Position numbers and translations under genes: made by a program. The notes beneath the pieces were generated by a model. It was given only the letters and a program-made list of their open reading frames with translations, was not told the origin of the DNA and searched no databases. A stretch of 45,776 nucleotides of DNA from Catajapyx aquilonaris (taxonomy: Eukaryota): contig JYFJ02003160.1 in assembly GCA_000934665.2 (NCBI GenBank), positions 1-45,776 of the forward strand, written 5' to 3'. This document shows positions 37,071 through 45,776 of this stretch, in pieces (the first letter of the stretch is position 1; each line of letters starts with the position of its first letter).

Positions 37071-37969
37071 CCTTGTATGTTGCCAAACAAGGTATTGCCA
37101 AGAGCATGTCTCCTCCAGAATCCAAACAATTTTGTAGTCCTTGTGATTCTGCCTATATGCTAACATGTACTGTACCATACTCATTTTCAGTTGAACTCTA
37201 AGTAAGTGACGATTGTTCGTGAATACTTGGGAACGAGTTCAATTATTTAAGCAATGTAAAAGAGCATTTCTGGTGAAGAAAGTGTTACCTTCAAAATCCT
37301 GTATTCACAAATTGGCAAAAAATATATATATATGGGCATCAGGAAGTGTTGTGAATCAATATCATACATGTCAATTATCATAGGGATCCATACAATAATT
37401 ATTCAAAAGTTATTGAGAAATATTTGGGTTTCCTAGCGAGAGAGTATCATCCTGTACAATGCTGAAGAAAAATGATAAAAGATAAAGAATGTGTACTGGT
37501 CGGTTTACTGTGACCCCTTTCCCGAATGGATATATACAAAAGTCATGGATGAACCGAAATTGCTTTAATACCATATTGTTGTTGTCGTTGTTGTCGGTTT
37601 GTCTGATCCTCCCCACAGTAATACCTCGAGCGATGGAACAAGTCTTGGTGTTTTACCAGAGAAATCACCACAAGGACGGCTATACATAATTAAAAGGAGA
37701 AACAAAAGAGAGGGAAGAAGGGCTTCCTCTTCTGTCTCAAGTTATTATCATTATGTTTTTTTTGGAGAGAGAGGATTTGGATTCAATTCTCTTATTTTTC
37801 TTTTTAATAATAATAATGTGTGAGGAGCAGTTGCAACACAAAAAAATAGGGCGCATCTTTCACTTATGGTTTTTCCCACGAGTTGTTGAAATGGGCATCA
37901 TAATTTTGGTTTGTTGCTGTTATTACAATTCTGTTGATATTATTTGACATAGACCTCTTTTTATTACAT

Positions 37970-40201
37970 TTATGCAGCCTCGCCTTCGCCTTCCTCCTCC
38001 TTCTTGGCGGTGAGCAGACCAATCAGATGGTTCAGATCGATCATGTTGTTGTTGTCGATTTGCATCTGCTCGTAGGCGTCATCCACCTCGTCACTGGTGA
38101 ACTTGTCGCCGAAGGTCATCAGCTGTTGGCGCAGGCTGGAAACCACCAATTGGCAAAGTTCAATAGGATTTAAGATATGACTAGATTTGACAGCCGATAT
38201 TTAACTGATTATAAGAAGCCAATAGGAAATGACAATGGGCTGGATTTCGTTCACAAGCTGGTTGATTACCATTAACACTGATTAGTCAGACATTTGGCAA
38301 TGTAAGCCAGCAGATTTATGGCCATTATAATCAGGAGAATCAGCTGATCAACATATAAAGTTATCACTTATTGGTTTTTGGTCCCCGCATTTACCTATCG
38401 CCGTCCATCTTGCCCTTTCCGTTGTCGAAGGACTTGAAGGCGGCGACCACAACAGCGTCGTCGTCGGTGGCGCCTGAGCCTGACATGCGCTCTCCGAAGA
38501 GGGTGAGAAGCTGTGTGAAGGAGATGGGTCCAGGGGCCTCTGCCAGCATGTCATCCAGCTCCTTGTCGGTGGACAGCTTTCCGATGAGGTCGAAGGTCTG
38601 CCTCAGGTCGTTCTTGCCAAGGATGCCATCCTTGTCAGCGTCCATCATCTGGAAGCCCTCCTTGAACTCGGCCACCTGGGACTGGGAGAACATGGAGAAG
38701 ACATTGCTGGACGCCCTGGTTGCCTTCTTGGACCCCCTGGACCCTCGGGAACCACCGCCGCTCTCAGCTGCAGGGGCTGCAGCGGGTGCTGGGGCCTCCG
38801 CCTCCTTCTTGGACTTCTTCTTCTTCTTGTCATCCGCCTAATAGCCAAAGAAACAAAACAAAGGGAACAATCAGGGGAAACCGTGTCAGTGGCGCATTCC
38901 TGGCTTCAAGAAGCGCGATAGTCACTCGAGTCCTTATGCAAGGAGGCTATAAATAGATGGAGGTTGCGGATGCTAAAATAGTCCGTTCACAATCCTCCCC
39001 ACAATATCACGTATCCAGGCCCATTGTGGAGGGAAACAAAAATACCTTATGCCACGGTTGCACTAAGGTCTCAATACATGACAAATAAGCAAATTATATA
39101 GTCAAACACCTGTGACTATTAGAAGGAGGATGTTGCTATTGGACGCGGAAAAAGGAAGTGGAGTTGGCGCTAACCAAGAATTCCTACAGTGAGTATAGTC
39201 ATTACGTGATTAGTTAAGTTCAATGGGTACATCGGGTAAGATAGTACCGAAGTTCCAAATCCTATACAATTAAAAGTGAAAAATGTACTGATTTTGTTAG
39301 GGAAATCTCCACAGCAGCGAGTGGCGTCAATCAAAGGTTGGTGACATGACTCATGTTAATTAATTGGCTCTCCTGCCAAATATCATCCAATTGTAGACCG
39401 GGTCATCTACCCAACAGGATATTTCCTGTCACGGAAATTAATGCCAAAGATTCTCTTGAAATGGGGCAATGAATTCCTGAATGTTCCAATAACACGATAG
39501 TAACAAACCATTATGACTGTATGGAACCTACTTCAAAATTTGACCTCAATAAGGTAGGCCTAAACCAATTATGATAGGGACGAAATTCAAAGTAGGAATC
39601 TCCAATATCGAGTTATTTCGAAGACCGGCAAGAAAATTCTCCACTCGAAATAAAAAATCGTGGTAATCCACATTCTTTTAAATTGGTGTTTAATATTTTA
39701 AAAAATCTAATTTCACCGTGCAATGTAGTTCTGAAGTTCTCGATCTGCAGAAGTGAATCCAGATTCGCAATTTTTTTAAAAAAGAATATTGAAACCTGCA
39801 GCACTAACTTTAGATATTTTCTCTCTTCCCGTTCGGACTTAGATAAACAGGAATAAGTATCTCGCGATGGCGAATAACATGTTTTGCACACATTCCTGGC
39901 AACAAGTCACCAACTGACGTTAACGTAATAAAACGCCGCCGAAAAACACATTTCTCAAATAATTTAGGTTCATATTTCCACACTGGCAAATCCACACTGC
40001 ACTATGCCTACATACTTGTCAGTTTGTCAATATTTGTCATAAGTGTCCACAACCTGCAAATGGCCACATATTGTCGAAAACGAGACACTGGCAGGTCTGT
40101 TGCAGAAGGCAACTCACTAACACCCGAAGCACCAAGTCACAAGGGTCCAATAATGACAAAAGTGTGTCCGAAGTCCACAGGGCACCACATCCACTCACCA
40201 T
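37970..40201 (-). CDS. Mlc2: Muscle myosin regulatory light chain 2 (203 aa)
   Basis: complement(join(37970..38135,38395..38837,40199..40201)); ATG-only first coding exon (aaaATG|gtgagt). Protein MADDKKKKKSKKEAEAPAPAAAPAAESGGGSRGSRGSKKATRASSNVFSMFSQSQVAEFKEGFQMMDADKDGILGKNDL...MTFGDKFTSDEVDDAY...EGEAA*, with EF-hand and SNVF motif. Confidence 0.95.
38947..38956. promoter_or_regulatory. MEF2 site in Mlc2 intron 1
   Basis: ctataaatag matches CTA(A/T)4TAG. Confidence 0.55.
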
Positions 40202-40487
40202 TTTAGTTAGAGTATAAAGAAGGAGACCTCGACGACGACGACGACTGTTGGGTTGGTCAAAGCAGAGAGCCCAGTGAGCCTACCTGGTTCTTTTCATCTA
40301 CCCCCTGCTTCCTTCGGGTCCCACCCCAACCCCCACATACCCCCATCACCCATCCTCTCTTCTTAGTTCCCCTGCACACGCGCCTATTTCCAGCCAGGGC
40401 ATCACAGGAGCTGGGCCAACCTTATTTAGGCACGTGGGCCCCCCCTGCTCAAACCCTCTTCTGCCGCTCGCTTTTCGCCCAACACTA

Positions 40488-40497
40488 CTATTATTAG
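40488..40497. promoter_or_regulatory. MEF2 site upstream of Mlc2
   Basis: ctattattag matches CTA(A/T)4TAG, about 290 nt upstream of the ATG; E-box cacgtg nearby at about 40431. Confidence 0.5.
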
Positions 40498-41311
40498 CTC
40501 AGATCCAGCACATCCTATTCCACATCCCTGCCATATAGATTATACCTTGTGGAGAACCCACACCCTCCAAAAGTTATGCTAAGCTACAACCACTGGAGAT
40601 ATGATGCATTTTTTTTACATGACAATTTAACATGAAGACGTAATGTGGACAATACTGTGTGTGAGACAGCAGGGAGTGACCATGTTGAGTCACGCTGCGA
40701 ATGCGCAACGAAAATAGTATACAGGTCTACGGCAGCAAAACGAAACCACAACTCGGTTAAGTTGGCTTTACCTCGCATAATAGGGAGTGGAATGTTACGT
40801 GATACGTGACACTCGTTCAAACTCATTCGCACTATTACGAGTATGGCTTATCTGATTGCTGTAATTTGCGATAAAAATTAAATCATTCTGACAATCAGCT
40901 TCAGTGGGCCTATTTGTCGCCCCGGTTGGATGCAATTTAATAACAGTGAGTGTCCAAAAGAGACATGCACAGAAGAAGAAGAAGAAGAAAAAAACTTCAA
41001 GAGTCGCCAAACATTTCAAGCATTTTTTATACACAGGAAAGTGAATTCCATCAGTCTCTCATACATAATATGTAATAGCACTTACGACTAAAGTGTTATT
41101 GCCAGCGAAACTTGAAGTAGATAGAATCTCTTGCTGAGTGAAATATTTTCTTCACTGGTAATGAACACGTTTCGCCAAATCATTCATTCTTTATTGACAT
41201 GTTTAAATGCACCGTCGGGCCCAGATTATCTGTGGTTTCAAAATATAAAGTAAATATTAAATAAATATTATATTTAAAAAATCCAACACGTGTTTTTATT
41301 GCAAGTAGAGG

Positions 41312-41769
41312 AAAGGCGCATAAATGTCGGACCACCAAAGTTACTATTGATTTCTCACCAGCTGCCGAAAGATTCTTTTTTAAATTATCTGCGAGCTATC
41401 ATGTCAGAATCAATGTAAAAAAAAAATTAGTAAATTGCATTTTTGAATGTAGTAAATGTGTAGAAAATGATGCCTTTTTGAAAAAGTTCTCCAAATTCGG
41501 ACCCCCAAATACTATAAGTAATTATCCAGGGAAAAAATGAGAAAAACAAATTATATTATGGTACAATGGAATGATTTATTGAAACAAAAAATTTTTGAAA
41601 CCCATTTTAAAATAGTCAGAACATTGCTTTGATGTTCTTATTATGAATGGTCCATGCCTTATAATTAAATGAAAGGGTTTCTTTGGTTAATATTTATTTA
41701 ATAATATTTAATATAACATTTAATGAATAATATTTGGCGAAAAGTGGTGGTCCAACTTTGGAACGCTTT
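41312..41769. mobile_element. Degenerate AT-rich MITE-like element
   Basis: Imperfect terminal inverted repeats aaaggcgcataaatgtcggaccacc ... ggtggtccaactttggaacgcttt around a very AT-rich interior. Confidence 0.35.
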
Positions 41770-43043
41770 AGAGGACGGAATTAGGTTACGGGAATATATT
41801 GCTTTTGTAAACTTGGCGTCGTTTATTATTATACGTACGAGAACCTGTAAGTAGCATTTAAATAACCACATAACTTAGATTCTTATTTCTACTCAACTTC
41901 TCGAAATCAGTAGTGAGATACAAACTCTGATCAATTTCGAAGTCAAGCTATCTACTCACTTCTCTGATGGATAAAGGTTATGTCTCTCTTTTTTTTAGAT
42001 GCTGCCGATGTGAGGGGCGAACATACTCGTCGTACACGATATATGCCTAACAAATGCATGCAAGGATTGCTCGCCATCATTATCATCATTAAGCCAACCT
42101 ACTTAAAAACCTAAGAATTTATTAAAATTAAGAAACACCCTGATGAGGTTCACTGATATGATACACCAACAATTGCTGATAACAAGTCCCGGGAATTTGC
42201 AGTCGTTGTGTATGCAGTACTTCCGAGATGTCGTAAAGAATCGACTTATAGAAACTGCTACATCGAAAGTAGTTTTACTACTATACAGCAACTGGGATGC
42301 AAAGTGGCTCAGACGGGAAGCAAGTGCAGTAGGCCTACTGTATACAACTGGCGATCGGTGCCTACGACACGGAATTTAGTATGATGCCAGTATAGACAGG
42401 TTATCGCCTTGTACGACTTTGCAGGTTGTCAAACTTTTAGAACCTGCTGCTGCTGTACTCACCAAACCGGTGCAATAAACTGTGACGCAACCTTTAGGAA
42501 ATACCGGAACATGAATAAACATTGACAATAATAATGCACCGGCCCAAGTCCATTTCTCTCCATTCCTACTTGAACTTATTGCGTAGGATCATGAAGATCA
42601 CAATCTGTACTCTTCCGTATTTCAATTTACAATAATTCATGCAAACATGTCATTGGTATTTTCAAACAACCATCCATATAATTACAGTATGTTGGTGGGT
42701 AGTTTTGTAAACATCGCAATAAAACGTCATATAGTTTATTATTACAATCATACAGTCCCCCAACTGCGAATCTTACATACAGCACTCTTGTCGTCGTGTA
42801 TATGAAAGTCAAAGCCGCGTTTTATCAAGTGCACATGTTACTGATTAGTATTTCCAGGCTCACGTAATGTCCTGGTTATTGAGCAATGCAATCCAAGCCA
42901 TATCCAATTCGTGGCAAACAATGTGGTGTATGTAGCGCACTGCCAAGACCCAATTGGGCCTGCGCCATTCTGGCTCCAATCCAAAACTGATATTCCGCAT
43001 GTGTCCTCTTCCCTATACATTTTTGCCTGTATATAGGAGGGTG

Positions 43044-44726
43044 ATGGCGCATGAGGCATCGCGTCACCAGCATGGGGCATCACCCGATTCATCCAGAATT
43101 GGCCGACTCTCTGCCCTCTTCCTGCTCTACTTTGTCCAGGGCCTTCCATATGGCTTCCAGGACAAGCTTCTGCCCGTCCTGCTCAGGAAAGGTGGAAAGA
43201 CTTACACCCAGTGAGTCACATTATTTATACTCATTGCAGCATAGAGGTGGCAGCACTGCACAGCCACGTTGCCTTATTGAACAACACAATACCGTATCCT
43301 AAAATCGTATGTAATAAAAATACTGCATACTCAATAATACTACTTGATGTACATGATAAAAAAATATTTCAGCTGATAAATGCAAAGCAAACACCTTACT
43401 AGAAAAATTATAGTGCCACTTATTTGGTATAAACGACAACTTGTCTTAGGTTACGTACTGTACATGTAACGTACTTATACTGTACAGTAATACCAAAATG
43501 AGCCAGAAAAGCAATTTAATACATATTGTTTCAGATTGTCCCTCCTGAAGTTGCTGTTTCTTCCTTGGCTCTGTAAGCCGCTATGGGCACCACTGGTAGA
43601 CGGCTATGCCACCCGTCGCTGGTGGATCTTGACCAGCATGTCGTCAATGGCATGCTGCTGCTTTTTAAGCAAGTATATGCTGCGACTGAGGTCATAACAC
43701 CACAATGCAGGTTCGCTTTTGTCTCCTTCCAGCGACGGTGCCCTCTGGTCATTGGGAGTGAGCCTTCTGTTTCTAAATATGGCCTCGGCCACTCAGGATA
43801 TTGCGGTGGATTCCTTGTCCATATCCGTGCTGCCGCCCAGTGATCTCGGAGTTGGAAGTGCAATACAGGTTGTGGCTTACAAGGCTGGAGTTTTCTTCGC
43901 TGGTGCTGTGCTTCTATGGATCCAGATATGGCTTGGATGGTCCTGGATGTTCATTGCTTTTGGCACCGTATACCTAGCATCAGTTATATGCACTGGAAGA
44001 CTTCGCATTGTTTCTAAGGACCGCCGGCCGGAACGGAGCACAAAAGGTAAGTCAACACACTTTTGCGGTTTGATGCATCAGCTCACTTTATATATTTCAG
44101 CTGGATTTTTGGACATCTACCGCAAGGTCATCAGTGTCCCAGGCACCTCCTGGCTGGTGTTGTACCTCCTCCTGTACAAACTGGGTGAGAGAGGGAGCGG
44201 TGCGAACTTCCCACTATTCCTCCTGGATTCCGGTGCCTCAGTAGCCAGCCTCGGGTTCTGGAATGGCATCGTGGTTCAAGCTGCTTTGATAGCCGGGTCC
44301 ATCTATGGCGGACGTTGCAATAACCTGATGTTATATTCCACGTGGCGAAGTGTGGCCATATTGATAGAACATGTACTGATATTTGTGATCGGCTATTCTG
44401 GAACAAGTCTGAGCGAAAGACCTTGGTTGCTGATTGCATGCTTCGTGTCACATGCGTTTCTAAATTTTCTGGCTGGTGTGATTACAACGGCTACTTTTAC
44501 AATGCTAATGGCACAGAGCCAATCCAATGCACCTCCAGACATAAGTGGGACACACTATGCTACGCTTGCGGCTCTGGAAGTTGCAGGAAAGCTCATATTT
44601 GTGTCGTGCCTTGGACCACTGTTGGATAGAGCCGGGTTTTTCATGTCGTACTTCCTATTTTTCACTCTGTCCGTCCTGGTGCTGCCAGTGTTGAAATATC
44701 AGCCTCCACTGAAAAAGCAGGACTGA
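43044..44726 (+). CDS. MFSD3: Major facilitator superfamily domain-containing protein 3-like (AmpG/acetyl-CoA transporter-related)
   Basis: Exons 43044..43210, 43535..43668 or 43672, 43711 or 43733..44046, and 44101..44726. Motifs LFLLYFVQGLPYGFQ, LPWLCKPLWAPLVD, NMASATQDIAVD, YLLLYKLGERG, GTHYATLAALEVAGKL. Boundaries of the second intron are ambiguous. Confidence 0.88.
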
Positions 44727-44877
44727 TGATCTGTTCGAGGTGCATGTACATACACAAGTTGGCTGTGAAGAAATTGTTATGGCCTTTATTTTTTTACTTC
44801 CCTGTGTGAACTGCTACAAAAAAAAATAGCACTTTTAAAAATATAAGGGTTCACCACTACTTGAGGCCCCTTCTTCC

Positions 44878-45127
44878 AAAACCCGACAAATCCAATTTCC
44901 AAAAAAAATGAGTTAAGGGTGGAAATATGTTCTTCAAGATGTGTTTCATCACGTAACGACAAAATATTCAGCAAACATCGACAAATGCGGCTGTAATGGC
45001 CCGAAGAAAAGTGGCCTATCATGCAAAACCCGACAAATGCAGGCAGGAAGTTCATATTCTATGTTTCTAAAACCGACAAATCCACCGAATCATCCATAAC
45101 CCGACAAATCCAGCGTGAACAGCTCTA
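44878..45127 (-). mobile_element. DNA-transposon end fragment (hAT-like) with subterminal repeats
   Basis: Motif (aaac)ccgacaaat(c/g)ca repeated at about 44880, 45027, 45069 and 45098; the minus-strand terminus reads TAGAGCTGTTCACGCTGG. Confidence 0.35.
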
Positions 45128-45710
45128 GTTGGCCTGGGATATCTTTCGTACTCAGACAAATCCATCTCTAAGCTACACATGGCACCACAGTGAGTCGTGC
45201 TTCCTCCCGTACGCGTTCTTCGTCAAGGCAGTCGTCTGGCAGTCAGACTACATAGGTTCCTGGTCCAAGATGTACGTGCCGGACGAACCCGCGGCGGGAC
45301 CCAGGTAAATGAAGACTCTATACATAAAAATACCAGTTATGCTGGTAATGCTGTTATGATACGTGACTGAAATATTCACAATGATTATCATAATCACTCC
45401 GACTCCGCTTCACACCACTTTCAGCCACGACCCTGAAGCTGATGTTCCTGTAATGGAGCCACCACTGGGTTTTCAAAGGATGAGGCACAAAATATATAGG
45501 CGAGTGGCCTTCCATTCGATTTGCCTGAAAATGGGATATGTTGTAGCCCAGACCATCCTGATCAATGTTGGATAGGGACATTAATTTTCGAGGTAGGACC
45601 TACAGGGAGCATGCTAATGACCTCCGGAGGTAATAGGGGGAGTAGTAGACTACAATAAGACTCCGGAACTCAATGGTTCTTGCATTAAATTATCTATTAA
45701 TCTTTATTAC

Positions 45711-45776
45711 CTATTCATCTGGTTCAAATTCTACTCCTTGAAGGTTGTCATCTGGAGTTTCCTCCAGCAGCACTTC
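45711..45776 (-). CDS. Probable C-terminal end of a gene entering from the right edge (product unknown)
   Basis: Minus frame reads EVLLEETPDDNLQGVEFEPDE*, followed within 3 nt by AATAAA (45708-45703). Confidence 0.4.
   Translation of the reverse strand, partial: EVLLEETPDDNLQGVEFEPDE

Noticed and set aside
38371..38956. Plus-strand ORFs overlapping Mlc2 (and similar ORFs opposite TRC8 and MFSD3)
   Set aside because: Antisense shadows of GC-rich coding exons.
40420..40430. CArG box upstream of Mlc2 (ccttatttagg)
   Set aside because: Seven rather than six A/T between CC and GG; non-canonical.

Overview
Eukaryotic genomic DNA, very probably an arthropod/insect (spliceosomal GT-AG introns, insect-type myosin regulatory light chain, TRC8 homolog). 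I recognise no coding sequence in about 1-16,300; this stretch holds hairpins and a two-copy dispersed repeat. Five spliced genes follow. (1) A huckebein-like gene with four C2H2 zinc fingers and a WRPF Groucho-type motif (minus strand, 4 exons, 16334-25963); its three downstream exons are missed by the ORF track and were assembled by hand from splice sites. (2) Nested antisense in that gene's 6.4-kb intron, a histone-H1-derived protamine-like gene (winged helix plus K/R/G/C tail, 19557-20119) with clustered RFX X-box-like motifs upstream. (3) TRC8/RNF139 E3 ligase (minus). (4) Muscle myosin regulatory light chain Mlc2 (minus) with MEF2 sites. (5) An MFSD3-like transporter (plus). There are also non-autonomous transposon remnants, a structured tandem array, a perfect 54-bp palindrome and candidate exons at the right edge. 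All homology calls are from memory of family motifs; no database search was run.
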